From the NCBI GenBank assembly GCA_016873775.1, contig VGWC01000004.1, forward strand, positions 1,830-65,829: a stretch of 64,000 bases of DNA. Reading direction: 5' to 3'. The notes under the pieces were generated by a model. The model saw only the letters and a list, made by a program, of their open reading frames with translations. It searched no databases and was not told the DNA's origin. This DNA comes from Ignavibacteria bacterium. Its GTDB lineage: Bacteria; Bacteroidota; Ignavibacteria; UBA10030; F1-140-MAGs086. The position numbers were made by a program, and so were the translations under genes. Shown one piece after another: positions 9,886 through 19,070 of this stretch (position 1 is its first letter; every line of letters begins with the position of its first letter).

Positions 9886-10458
9886 TTACTTTTGACCTTT
9901 TTTGAATTCTTCGTACTTCTCCGTTTCTTTTTCGAGTTCGTCAAAAGTTTGTGATGCGCGGAAACGTGTGTACATCTGTTCGTTCTTTTTGATTTGGTCA
10001 ACAAGCGCGGCATTTACTGCGCCAACGGGATATTCAATCAGAACATACGCGCGAAACATTCCGCCTTCTTTGGAAATTTTCTGTTTTGCAATTCTGGTCC
10101 CGGAAAGTGAAGTTGATACAACGGTCTTCGATGCTGATGTGAACATAGAAAGTAATTGCGCATCTTTTCCTAATCCTGTTTCTTCATCAAATTTCTTTTG
10201 AAGACCTTGAATTTTTACATCAACCATACGTCCAATTTCTGTTCTTCCATCTGTTGCGGCTTTGTCAATTGCAAGTTGCATATCCTGCGATGTTGCTGAA
10301 CGCGCTGCGAACAGATAATTCGGGTCTTGGGGTGGGTTCATAAACCAATCGGGTATATCACCTTCGGATACGTCGGAAAGTCCTTGTTTGCTTCCTCCGC
10401 ATCCTGCTAACAATGTAATTACAAATAAACTAAATAATAATGAAGTGAAGTGCTTCAT
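9886..10458 (-). CDS. hypothetical lipoprotein
   Basis: ORF 9886..10611. Start trimmed to the internal Met (ATG at 10456-10458), which gives MKHFTSLLFSLFVITLLAGCGG with a lipobox Cys. Confidence 0.5.
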   Translation of the reverse strand: MKHFTSLLFSLFVITLLAGCGGSKQGLSDVSEGDIPDWFMNPPQDPNYLFAARSATSQDMQLAIDKAATDGRTEIGRMVDVKIQGLQKKFDEETGLGKDAQLLSMFTSASKTVVSTSLSGTRIAKQKISKEGGMFRAYVLIEYPVGAVNAALVDQIKKNEQMYTRFRASQTFDELEKETEKYEEFKKGQK

Positions 10459-10647
10459 ACGAACTGCTCCTTGAAATAAGTGAATAAGATTTTTTCCGCA
10501 AAGCGGAAGTGAATTAAAAAAATATTTTGTGATAATTGCAATAAAATTGCGAGTGAATATACATACTATCAATGAAAACGAAAACAGTTTTCTAAAAAAT
10601 TTGTTACGCAAAAAAATATCTCTATATTTTCGCCCGAAAATTTTACC

Positions 10648-10733
10648 GCCGAAGTGGCGAAACTGGCAGACGCGCTGGACTCAAAATCCAGTCCGGCTTA
10701 CACCGGGTGTGGGTTCGACTCCCTTCTTCGGCA
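10648..10733 (+). tRNA. tRNA-Leu (anticodon CAA)
   Basis: 86 nt. Acceptor stem GCCGAAG/CTTCGGC with discriminator A. Anticodon stem CTGGA/TCCAG with loop CTCAAAA (CAA). Long variable arm CCGG-CTTACA-CCGG and T-loop TTCGACT. The T-stem has two non-Watson-Crick pairs. Confidence 0.8.
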
Positions 10734-10743
10734 CAGAAATAAA

Positions 10744-10780
10744 AAATCCGTTTCAGTTCCTGAAACGGATTTTCACTTTT
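10744..10780. terminator. bidirectional rho-independent terminator
   Basis: Hairpin AATCCGTTTCAG-ttcc-CTGAAACGGATT with an A-run on the 5' side and TTTTCACTTTT on the 3' side. It lies between the converging tRNA-Leu (+) and the thermonuclease gene (-). Confidence 0.55.
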
Positions 10781-11138
10781 ATTCGTACTTCTTATATTCA
10801 GCAAATCCTTGCTTTACTAATTCATCATTTACGTTGATGAGTTTTTCGTTTTGTTTCAACCACACTTCACCGAGATAGCGACCGAATTTTTCTTTTCTGT
10901 CTTTGATTGTTTGCAGAAGAATTTCTTTTCCATCGAGCAACGAACGAAGATAATCGCGGGAGGCAATACTTTTCTTTCGCGAGCGTCCTCGTATTTCGGG
11001 AGCGTTGATTCTGTGCAATCGAATTTTTTCTTTGCGTAACGTTGTATTAAATCCTACATCAATATCTACAGTAATCGTATCGCCATCGTATACGCTGACA
11101 ACGTTTGCTTTGTAATAATACAGGAATTCTTCTTTCAT
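10779..11138 (-). CDS. thermonuclease (staphylococcal nuclease/SNase family)
   Basis: 119 aa with VVSVYDGDTITVDIDVG...KIRLHRINAPEIRG...YLGEVW, which is the SNase fold signature (DGDT ... R..GIDAPE). Confidence 0.75.
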   Translation of the reverse strand: MKEEFLYYYKANVVSVYDGDTITVDIDVGFNTTLRKEKIRLHRINAPEIRGRSRKKSIASRDYLRSLLDGKEILLQTIKDRKEKFGRYLGEVWLKQNEKLINVNDELVKQGFAEYKKYE

Positions 11139-11149
11139 TTTTAGTAACG

Positions 11150-14100
11150 TTATTTTATCAGTAACATTGTTTTTGTTATTGAGTTTCCTTTTTTCGATGC
11201 GTTATTTCCAACAACCATTCGGTAATAATACATTCCAGAAGGTAAGTTTCCTGCATTGAAATGTATGATATATTCTCCTGCATCGTTCATTTCGTTCACA
11301 AGTGTTTGAATTTCCTTTCCTAGAACATTGTAAAGTTTTATTGTAACGAACGACGAATGTTCCAGCGTGTACACAATTGTTGTCGTCGAATTAAACGGAT
11401 TCGGAAAATTTTGAAGAAGTGAAAATGAATTTGGCTCAAATGGATTTTCAAGAACATTGACTAAATGTTTAAATCGCAGTGTATCAGTTCCGCCAAAATC
11501 ATAGTACCGTGCCGCGAATTCCTGGAGGTACTGATTTGCAATTCGATTATTTTGAATTGCAATGGAGTTTTCATTATTCGAACCTTCTCCGCTGTTAGAC
11601 CAATTCATTGAACCCGTCCACACCCATTGATGCGCAGAAGAATCCAACGCATCTTTTATCGCAAGTTTATGATGAAGCAAACCACTTACACCTGTTTTTA
11701 ATTTTACATCCACTCCGGCGGTTGTGAGTCGCGAATATTGCGTTCCAAGGTCAGTGTTATTATCCATTACACCACGAACTTGTTTCCCTGCGTTGTTTAG
11801 AGAAATAATTGCGTCGGCAATTTCCGTTCGGGTGAACGTGTAAATATTAAATTCGAAATCATACGTTGCTGATTTGATGAAACGAACAAATTGCGACGAT
11901 GTTTTATCCGTTGGACTGAAATATACTTCGACTTCTGAACCATTGACGAGAAATTTATGAGGCGTGTTATTGAGTTTCCGAACGCCAAATCGCGAATAGG
12001 TTGAATTCGGAATATCAGTGTTACTTCCCCACATTTCTTCGAACTCACGCGTGTATGCATTTGCAAGCGACATATCCTGAATTTCAATGACGTTTTGCAT
12101 ATCACTTTGTGTTCCTTGTTGAGTGATATTCCACGAACCGGTCCATAGCCACGTACTTTCGGGAGCTCCGCCGCGCGCATCAATGATAAGAAATTTATTG
12201 TGCATCAATTCGGCGCCGTCGTTATCTCCAAATGTATCGTCAATGAGTGGAATTCCATTTTGTTCTAATAATAGAAATGCATTGGAATTTCTGTTGTCTG
12301 CTTCAGCAATTACGCGAACTTTTACGCCGCGATTATTTCTTGCCGCAACAAGTGCTGAGGCAACCAATTCGCCTTCATTTGCTCCGCTAAAACTATACAA
12401 GCACAAATCTACCGAGCGTTTTGCTACGTTGATTCTGTTGATAATTTTTTGCACGAAGTTCACATTTCCTTGCGCAGGTTCAGGTAAGGCAAGCGGTGCG
12501 AATATACTCTTGCTGAAATAGACATTCATTTGTCCCGATGAAGCATTCGGCGATGTTGTACTCACAACAAGATTTTGCGAATAGCATGTGTCGGAAGATG
12601 AATCCGAAAATGCAACTGCATTGTAAATTGTTGCCGGTGATAATCCTGTAAGAACTACTGCATGATTTCTTGTCGGTGTTGCATCTCCGGTTATTCCTAA
12701 TTCGTAATCAGTCGTAAGTCCGTATTTTATAAAGGAAGAAGAGTTGCGTTTTGTCGTCCAAGAAATTTTCAGAGATGTTTGTTGCAGTTCGCTTTCAACC
12801 GGAACAGAAGAAAACGATGGTCCGCAACTTTTTACATCCGCATCGTTTCGCGGCATAACTTGATAACCTCCGAAAAACGGTGAACTTAAATCAAATTGCC
12901 CAATGACACCAACAATATCGAATTCACCTTGAGGCGCAGGAGTTCCGCAAAGATTGATACAATTATCAGCGCGGATTTGAGTGAAACCGCTTGCATCGAT
13001 CAAACGGTAATTTCTTCCGGAGGTTCCGCAATCCCAAGTTGTAATCGGATTTCCGAAAGTATCACGAACAACAACAGCGAGGATTTTTACTAACATTCCT
13101 TCATACGTTTCATTGATTTCTTGAGTTGTTATCAAAACTGGTTCTACTTCGTTACCAATGCTTACTACTTGGTTTAAAGTAAGTTCCACAAGTTCAGTTA
13201 ATCCGTTGAAGTTCGTAACTTTTCCAGTAAGAATAACATCGTCTCCAATATTGATGGAATCGGAAGTTATTGTTCCATACACAGCAATTGCTCCCGTATT
13301 GTCTTGAATATGCGAAGGACTGCAAAACTCGTTTCCAACGGTAACAATTCCGCGAATTGTTACGAACTGGTTTAACATAACGGGAATTCCCAATGAATCA
13401 ACTTGCTTAACATTTCCAATGGGAGTGGGCGTTCCGAACACAAGAATTGTTCGTGTTGGAGCAACATCACGAAATGCTGTGCAACGCGATTGAACTCGGA
13501 TTGGATACGACCCTGTAGAATCCGGAACAGTAACGTTCGTTATAGTTATTTCCGTCGAGTCGGAAGAAAACGTAATTCCTTCAATGAGAATAGAATCTAC
13601 CGAAACAGATGTTGTTGCTGTAATATTCGTAAAAGAAATATCATTAACCGAATGCGACCATGAAAATGAATTTGGAAGAATAATGCGTAAATCGGAAATA
13701 GTTTGACTTTCTGCGCGTTTGTATTTCACAATGATATTTGTCTGTTGTCCTCCTTCTACGGAAGAAGGAGAAACCACTACTGCGCCTGAACCATCGCAGA
13801 GTGCAGGTTCAGTTGGACTCGAAGTATTTTGTGGAAGTCTTCCGCACATCCTCGCAACAAAATCATTGCAATTTTGTTCGGTGTCTTGACCATTTCCCAA
13901 CAAGGAATGTGCGCCAATTCCGCACAACGAATCGGAAGTAGAAGTGGATTTTGCTTTTCGTTCGACGCTGTTATTATTTGCAGTTGTTCCGTGATTCGGC
14001 GACGCGCATCCTTCGGGGTCAATGGCGCTTCCCCAACCAACTTTATCTTGCGTAGTTGTTGTAGAATTGACAATTTGTAAATGTCCGTTATCCGCCATTC

Positions 14101-14431
14101 CCGCAGTCCATTCACTGGGAATATAATCTGCAGGTACATTTCCCTGATAACTTGTTGGCGCTATGAGAAAAAATCCTTTTGCAGGAATTGATTTTCCTGA
14201 AGGTATATTTGCTCGCGGCGACCACGTTGTTCCCGTAGCAGATTTATATTCCAGTTTCCATCCGGATAAGTCAATCGGCGCATCAGTCGGATTGTAGAGT
14301 TCGACGAATTCATCCGTGGCAGATGTTGCGCCGCGCGTTGCAAATTCAGAAATAACAACGTGCGATGTTTGAGCAATTAGTATGAATGGAACAATGAACA
14401 AAAGGAAAAGAAATATTATTTTTTTTAACAT
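11150..14431 (-). CDS. secreted lamin-tail-domain protein with two phospholipase-D (HKD) motifs and a T9SS C-terminal sorting domain
   Basis: Signal peptide. An LTD-like N-terminal segment (VVISEFATRGATSATDEFVELYNPTDAPIDLSGWKL). Two HxKxxxxD motifs (MHNKFLIIDA...GSWN and HHKLAIKDA...GSMNWS). C-terminal FPNPFNSTTTIVYTLEHSSFVTIKLYNVLGKEIQTL, typical of the Por/T9SS secretion tail. Confidence 0.75.
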   Translation of the reverse strand: MLKKIIFLFLLFIVPFILIAQTSHVVISEFATRGATSATDEFVELYNPTDAPIDLSGWKLEYKSATGTTWSPRANIPSGKSIPAKGFFLIAPTSYQGNVPADYIPSEWTAGMADNGHLQIVNSTTTTQDKVGWGSAIDPEGCASPNHGTTANNNSVERKAKSTSTSDSLCGIGAHSLLGNGQDTEQNCNDFVARMCGRLPQNTSSPTEPALCDGSGAVVVSPSSVEGGQQTNIIVKYKRAESQTISDLRIILPNSFSWSHSVNDISFTNITATTSVSVDSILIEGITFSSDSTEITITNVTVPDSTGSYPIRVQSRCTAFRDVAPTRTILVFGTPTPIGNVKQVDSLGIPVMLNQFVTIRGIVTVGNEFCSPSHIQDNTGAIAVYGTITSDSINIGDDVILTGKVTNFNGLTELVELTLNQVVSIGNEVEPVLITTQEINETYEGMLVKILAVVVRDTFGNPITTWDCGTSGRNYRLIDASGFTQIRADNCINLCGTPAPQGEFDIVGVIGQFDLSSPFFGGYQVMPRNDADVKSCGPSFSSVPVESELQQTSLKISWTTKRNSSSFIKYGLTTDYELGITGDATPTRNHAVVLTGLSPATIYNAVAFSDSSSDTCYSQNLVVSTTSPNASSGQMNVYFSKSIFAPLALPEPAQGNVNFVQKIINRINVAKRSVDLCLYSFSGANEGELVASALVAARNNRGVKVRVIAEADNRNSNAFLLLEQNGIPLIDDTFGDNDGAELMHNKFLIIDARGGAPESTWLWTGSWNITQQGTQSDMQNVIEIQDMSLANAYTREFEEMWGSNTDIPNSTYSRFGVRKLNNTPHKFLVNGSEVEVYFSPTDKTSSQFVRFIKSATYDFEFNIYTFTRTEIADAIISLNNAGKQVRGVMDNNTDLGTQYSRLTTAGVDVKLKTGVSGLLHHKLAIKDALDSSAHQWVWTGSMNWSNSGEGSNNENSIAIQNNRIANQYLQEFAARYYDFGGTDTLRFKHLVNVLENPFEPNSFSLLQNFPNPFNSTTTIVYTLEHSSFVTIKLYNVLGKEIQTLVNEMNDAGEYIIHFNAGNLPSGMYYYRMVVGNNASKKGNSITKTMLLIK

Positions 14432-14474
14432 ATAAGTAGTACTGAAATAGAATTGAAAATCTCAATGTAATTTG

Positions 14475-14547
14475 TGTCCTCGACAAGACTCGAACTTGTA
14501 TTAGAAGTTTAGGAAACTTCGGTTCTTTCCTGTTGAACTACGAGGAC
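14475..14547 (-). tRNA. tRNA-Arg (anticodon CCT)
   Basis: Reverse complement folds as a 73 nt cloverleaf. Acceptor GTCCTCG/CGAGGAC with discriminator A. D-stem GTTC/GAAC. Anticodon stem GAAGT/ACTTC with loop TTCCTAA (CCT). T-stem ACAAG/CTTGT with loop TTCGAGT. Confidence 0.85.
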
Positions 14548-14683
14548 TAGTTCGCAGAAAAAAAAATTCGGAGTTAAAATATCGAAAAGTTTGTGAGGCG
14601 ACAATTTTATTGAAGGAAATTATCTTTTGTTGTTTTCTTTGATTTTCACTTTTCATTTCAATAAATTTTTCTCCGATTTTTTT

Positions 14684-15493
14684 ATGAGCATAACAAACAC
14701 AATTCCTTCTCGCCTTTTCGATACGATACGTGTTGAAAATGAAAATACAATTGCAACTATCACACTTGCTCGAGCAGATAAACGTAATGCGTTGAACGAT
14801 GTAATGGTTCGCGAATTGACGGAAGCATTTTCATTTTTTAATAGGAACGGATTGTGCCGTGTAATAATCTTGAGAGGAGAAGGAACTGCTTTCTGTGCAG
14901 GAGCGGATTTGGAATACTTGCAGAAACTTTCAAATTATTCGCTCATTCAAAATCAAGACGATTCTCGGAACTTGATGCAATTGTTTCGTTCAATGTATGA
15001 ATCACGAAAACCGATAATTGCTATGGTCAATGGTCCTGCGCTTGCTGGCGGATGCGGACTTGCAACAGTGTGTGATTTTATTTTTGCCGGAAAAGAGAAA
15101 GCACAATTTGGTTACACGGAATCACGTATTGGTTTTGTTCCTGCTATCGTTTTGCTTTTTTTAATTCGTAGAATTGGAGAAGGTCGCGCGCGTGAATTGG
15201 TGATGAGCGGTAAAATTCTTTCTTCGATAGATGCAAAAGATTTTCATTTGATTACGGAAGTTGTGGATGATATAAAACTTGAAAAGTTTACCTATAGTTT
15301 TGCTGAGCAACTTATTGAACAAAATAGCAGTTCTTCACTTGCACTATGTAAAGAAATGTTTGTGAACATTAGTGATATGGAAACTACGAAAGCGCTTGAA
15401 TACGCTGCGATGATGAACGCACTTGCACGAATGACGGATGATTGTAAAAAAGGAATTGATGGGTTTTTGAAGAAGGAAAAAGTTGTTTGGTAA
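14684..15493 (+). CDS. enoyl-CoA hydratase/isomerase (crotonase) family protein
   Basis: Crotonase signature ILRGEGTAFCAGADLEYL and an oxyanion-hole region. Start uncertain: the ORF begins at 14627, and the internal Met at 14684 (MSITNT) is preferred. Confidence 0.7.
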   Translation: MSITNTIPSRLFDTIRVENENTIATITLARADKRNALNDVMVRELTEAFSFFNRNGLCRVIILRGEGTAFCAGADLEYLQKLSNYSLIQNQDDSRNLMQLFRSMYESRKPIIAMVNGPALAGGCGLATVCDFIFAGKEKAQFGYTESRIGFVPAIVLLFLIRRIGEGRARELVMSGKILSSIDAKDFHLITEVVDDIKLEKFTYSFAEQLIEQNSSSSLALCKEMFVNISDMETTKALEYAAMMNALARMTDDCKKGIDGFLKKEKVVW

Positions 15494-15554
15494 TTAGTAA
15501 TTTGTCATTAGTAGTTTTCAATTCTTCACAAGTTACAAATGACTTCTGAATTCT

Positions 15555-16088
15555 ATGACGATTGTTGAAATAATGAAAACCATTCGCTCTGTTCCAGATT
15601 TTCCGAAACAAGGAATTGTCTTTCGCGATATTACAACATTGTTGAAAAATGCTGATGCGTTTCATTCGACGATGGAAATATTATTTCAACGATATAAAGA
15701 CAAACGAATTTCAAAAGTTGTTGGAATAGAATCTCGCGGATTTATTTTTGGCGCATCACTTGCAGAAAAATTGCAGTGCGGATTTGTTCCGATTCGCAAA
15801 CCGAAAAAACTTCCGTTCGTTACCGTGTGCAGAGAATATCAACTTGAATACGGAACGGACAAAATAGAAATGCACGAAGACGCAATTGAGCGTGGAGAAA
15901 ATATTTTACTTATTGACGATTTACTCGCAACAGGTGGAACAATGTTCGCCGCAACAAATCTCATCGAACAACTTGGTGGAAAAGTTGTTGAAATTGCTTT
16001 CGTTATTGAACTGGATTTTTTACACGGTCGCGAAAAATTGGACAAGTATAATATTTTTTCATTGATACATTTCATGGATGAAAAATGA
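15555..16088 (+). CDS. apt: adenine phosphoribosyltransferase
   Basis: 177 aa with FPKQGIVFRDITTLL...VVGIESRGFIFGASLA...LLIDDLLATGGT (PRPP-binding motif). Canonical Apt. Confidence 0.85.
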   Translation: MTIVEIMKTIRSVPDFPKQGIVFRDITTLLKNADAFHSTMEILFQRYKDKRISKVVGIESRGFIFGASLAEKLQCGFVPIRKPKKLPFVTVCREYQLEYGTDKIEMHEDAIERGENILLIDDLLATGGTMFAATNLIEQLGGKVVEIAFVIELDFLHGREKLDKYNIFSLIHFMDEK

Positions 16089-17455
16089 AAACAATCATCG
16101 AACCATTTAAAATAAAATCTGTCGAGCCGATAAAGTTCACAACGCAACAGGAACGCGAACGAATATTACAATACGCGTTTTACAATCCGTTTTTTATTAA
16201 AGCGGAAGATGTAATGATAGATTTGCTTACCGATAGCGGAACATCTGCAATGAGTGCGCAACAATGGGCGGGAATGATGGAAGGCGATGAATCATACGCG
16301 GGAGCAAAAAGTTTTTTTCGATTTGAAAACGTCGTTCGCGATTTAACGGGACTCAAACACATTATTCCAACGCATCAAGGACGAGCAGCGGAAAAAATTT
16401 TATTTTCGATTGTCGGAGGAAGAGGAAAATTCATTCCGAATAATTCGCACTTCGACACAACACGAGCAAATATAGAATTCAGTGGCGCAACGGCGACGGA
16501 TTTATTGTGCGATGAAGGAAAAAATCCCGATTTGATTGCGCCGTTTAAGGGAAATATGAATGTTCAGGCACTTGAACAATTTATTCAGCAATTCGGAAAT
16601 GAAAATATTCCGATGTGTTTTCTTACAGTAACAAATAATTCCAATGGCGGGCAGCCTGTTTCGATGCAGAATATTCGTGAAGTGAAAACAGTGTTGCGCA
16701 CATACAATATCCCGCTTTTTTTAGACGCGTGTCGTTTTGCTGAAAATGCGTACTTCATCAAACTCCGCGAGAAAGGGTATGAAAAGAAATCGGTGGAAGA
16801 AATTGCGCAAGAAATGTTTTCGTATGCCGATGGTGTAACGATGAGTGCAAAAAAAGATGCGCTGGTCAATATGGGAGGATTTCTTGCTGCGAATGATGAT
16901 GAACTCGCAATGAAAGCGAGAAATCTCTTAGTGATTACAGAAGGATTTCCGACATACGGCGGTTTAGCGGGAAGAGATTTGGAAGCGATTGCACAAGGGT
17001 TACACGAAATTCTGGATGAGCATTATTTACAATATCGTATTCGTTCGGTAGAATATTTAGGAGAAAAACTGACGAAAGCAAATGTCCCGATTCTTCAGCC
17101 GACGGGAGGACATGCAGTGTATTTAAACGCCAAAAAATTTGCTGAACACGTTCCGCCATCGCAGTTTCCAGGACTATCTGTCGTGTGCGATTTATATGTG
17201 CGCGGTGGAATTCGGTCTGTTGAAATCGGAAGCGTGATGTTCGGAAAATATGGCGCAAACGGCGAACATATTCCTCCGCTTATGGAACTCGTACGACTTG
17301 CAATACCGAGAAGGGTTTATACGCAAAGCCATATTGATTTTGTTGTTGAAAATGTGATTGATTCGTACGAACATAGAAAAGAGATGCATGGATACAGCAT
17401 TGTTTGTGAGCCGCCGATGTTGCGACATTTTACTGCGAAATTTCAAATGATGTAA
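16085..17455 (+). CDS. tnaA: tryptophanase / tyrosine phenol-lyase family (beta-eliminating lyase)
   Basis: 456 aa. The N-terminal EPFKIKSVEPIKFTTQQERERIL...DLLTDSGTSAMS...IPTHQGRAAEKILF is closely similar to TnaA/Tpl. The start overlaps the apt stop. Confidence 0.8.
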   Translation: MKTIIEPFKIKSVEPIKFTTQQERERILQYAFYNPFFIKAEDVMIDLLTDSGTSAMSAQQWAGMMEGDESYAGAKSFFRFENVVRDLTGLKHIIPTHQGRAAEKILFSIVGGRGKFIPNNSHFDTTRANIEFSGATATDLLCDEGKNPDLIAPFKGNMNVQALEQFIQQFGNENIPMCFLTVTNNSNGGQPVSMQNIREVKTVLRTYNIPLFLDACRFAENAYFIKLREKGYEKKSVEEIAQEMFSYADGVTMSAKKDALVNMGGFLAANDDELAMKARNLLVITEGFPTYGGLAGRDLEAIAQGLHEILDEHYLQYRIRSVEYLGEKLTKANVPILQPTGGHAVYLNAKKFAEHVPPSQFPGLSVVCDLYVRGGIRSVEIGSVMFGKYGANGEHIPPLMELVRLAIPRRVYTQSHIDFVVENVIDSYEHRKEMHGYSIVCEPPMLRHFTAKFQMM

Positions 17456-17657
17456 AAAGCACGAAATACTACTTTCTAAATCCTAAACAAATTCGAATGA
17501 CAAAATCTACATTACTTTTTAAAACGCAAAACACACAACGTTGAAAAATATCTTTCTTTGCGAACTCTGGGTAATATTACTCTCATTTTTTTTTGAGAAG
17601 TTCAATTTGAATTTTGTATTTGTTTAGAAATTAGAAATTCGTTTTTAGAATTTTATT

Positions 17658-18032
17658 ATGATGACGCGCGACGAATTTGAGAACTATGCACAGCAAGCAT
17701 TCGATGCATTACCGGAATTTTTTAAAGAGAAAATTGATAACGTTCGTATTGTTGTTGAGGATTATCCGACGGAAAAGGAAATGCGCAGTGTGAACATTCA
17801 ATCGAAACATAATTTACTTGGTTTGTATCACGGAATTCCGACAAAGCATCGCGGTACGTGGTACGGAATGTCGCCGATTTTACCTGATACAATTTTTCTT
17901 TTTCAAAAAAATATAGAAGCAGTTTGCAGAACAGTCGAAGAAATTCCAAATAAGATTTGCGAAGTATTGATTCACGAAATTGCGCATTACTTTGGAATGA
18001 ACGAAGAGGAAGTTCGCGCAGCAGGATACTAA
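17658..18032 (+). CDS. zincin-like metallopeptidase family protein (small, HExxH)
   Basis: 124 aa ending in VLIHEIAHYFGMNEEEV (HExxH). Resembles the small 'possible metallopeptidase' family. Confidence 0.55.
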   Translation: MMTRDEFENYAQQAFDALPEFFKEKIDNVRIVVEDYPTEKEMRSVNIQSKHNLLGLYHGIPTKHRGTWYGMSPILPDTIFLFQKNIEAVCRTVEEIPNKICEVLIHEIAHYFGMNEEEVRAAGY

Positions 18033-18118
18033 GTCAATGTAATATGCAAAACGTCTTGAAACGATTTTATTTCTAATTCTATACTAACATTTTAACTACT
18101 AACAATCTTTTATACTCA

Positions 18119-18421
18119 ATGGCAAAAATCATATTTACAATCACGTACGATATTGTTCCCGCCGCTCGACCGGCGTATCTTTCACTTGTTGAAGAAATGA
18201 AACTATATTTCCTCAATGTGCAGAAGAGAAATTATAACGTGTATGAAAAGAAAGGCAAGAAAAATACATTCACGGAAATTTTTCTTTGCGAAAGCGAAGA
18301 AGAATTCGAAACGCTGGAAGATACAATGGATGAACAATGGCAGGAATTGTTGAGGAGAGTACAAGAATACGTACTGGAAGGAAAAACACAGTATTCGACA
18401 TATATCGAACCGATTGAATAG
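18119..18421 (+). CDS. hypothetical protein
   Basis: 100 aa ORF with coding-like composition. No recognisable domain. Confidence 0.4.
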   Translation: MAKIIFTITYDIVPAARPAYLSLVEEMKLYFLNVQKRNYNVYEKKGKKNTFTEIFLCESEEEFETLEDTMDEQWQELLRRVQEYVLEGKTQYSTYIEPIE

Positions 18422-18497
18422 GACTCTTTATGTGGATTTCTAATTCTCACGCGAGCGTTCATTGCATTGATGTATTATACTTTGAAGAAATGTAATT

Positions 18498-18977
18498 ATG
18501 TCGCGCATTATTGACCCGATTGCAGAATTTATGAAAGAACATGATGCCGCCTTGCATCAACTTTCGTTGCTGAATAGTGCTGTCAAATCTCTTGCAGCAA
18601 ATGGATTTTCGGAACGTGATTTTAAGAAGGTATTAAGCGCACTTTCGTATATGAATCACGAAGTTGGCGACCATAATCACAAAGAAGAAGAGGCGTTGTT
18701 TCCGATTTTAGAACGCTATGTAGAAGGACCGACACGAGTAATGCGCGAAGACCATATTCTGCTTGCTGAAAAATTCAGCAAATTTCGAGATGCAGTTACG
18801 CGTGTTAAAAAAAAACCATCGGAGAAAAAAGAACTTCGCTATCTTGCAACAATCACGCGTTCCATTGTGAAAATATTTGTGAATCACATTCATAAAGAAA
18901 ATTATATTCTGTTTCCGATGGTGCAACGATTTTTGACTAAAGAAGAATTACGGGAAGTTGCAAAAAAAATGAAATAG
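18498..18977 (+). CDS. hemerythrin HHE cation-binding domain protein
   Basis: 159 aa with spaced His/Glu ligand motifs (HNHKEEEALFPIL ... HIHKENYILFP) typical of the hemerythrin-like domain. Confidence 0.6.
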   Translation: MSRIIDPIAEFMKEHDAALHQLSLLNSAVKSLAANGFSERDFKKVLSALSYMNHEVGDHNHKEEEALFPILERYVEGPTRVMREDHILLAEKFSKFRDAVTRVKKKPSEKKELRYLATITRSIVKIFVNHIHKENYILFPMVQRFLTKEELREVAKKMK

Positions 18978-19010
18978 AAGTTCGTTCCGTGTTCACCTTT
19001 ACTTTGAAAA

Positions 19011-19052
19011 TAAAAAAAGAACATAAGTAATTTATGTTCTTTTTCTTTTTTT
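19011..19052. terminator. bidirectional rho-independent terminator
   Basis: Hairpin AGAACATAA-gtaat-TTATGTTCT preceded by AAAAAAA and followed by TTTTCTTTTTTT. It lies between the converging hemerythrin (+) and cyclase-ATPase (-) genes. Confidence 0.55.
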
Positions 19053-19070
19053 GAAATGAAGAGAAAAAAA

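Noticed and set aside
10654-10878. ORF 10654..10878 (+), 74 aa
   Set aside because: It begins inside tRNA-Leu and runs through the terminator hairpin, so it cannot be a real gene.
12123-12521. 132 aa antisense ORF inside the LTD-PLD gene (also 11797..12183, 13403..13663, 13777..14139 and others)
   Set aside because: Embedded in a long, motif-rich ORF on the other strand, with Ser/Pro-rich low-complexity translations.
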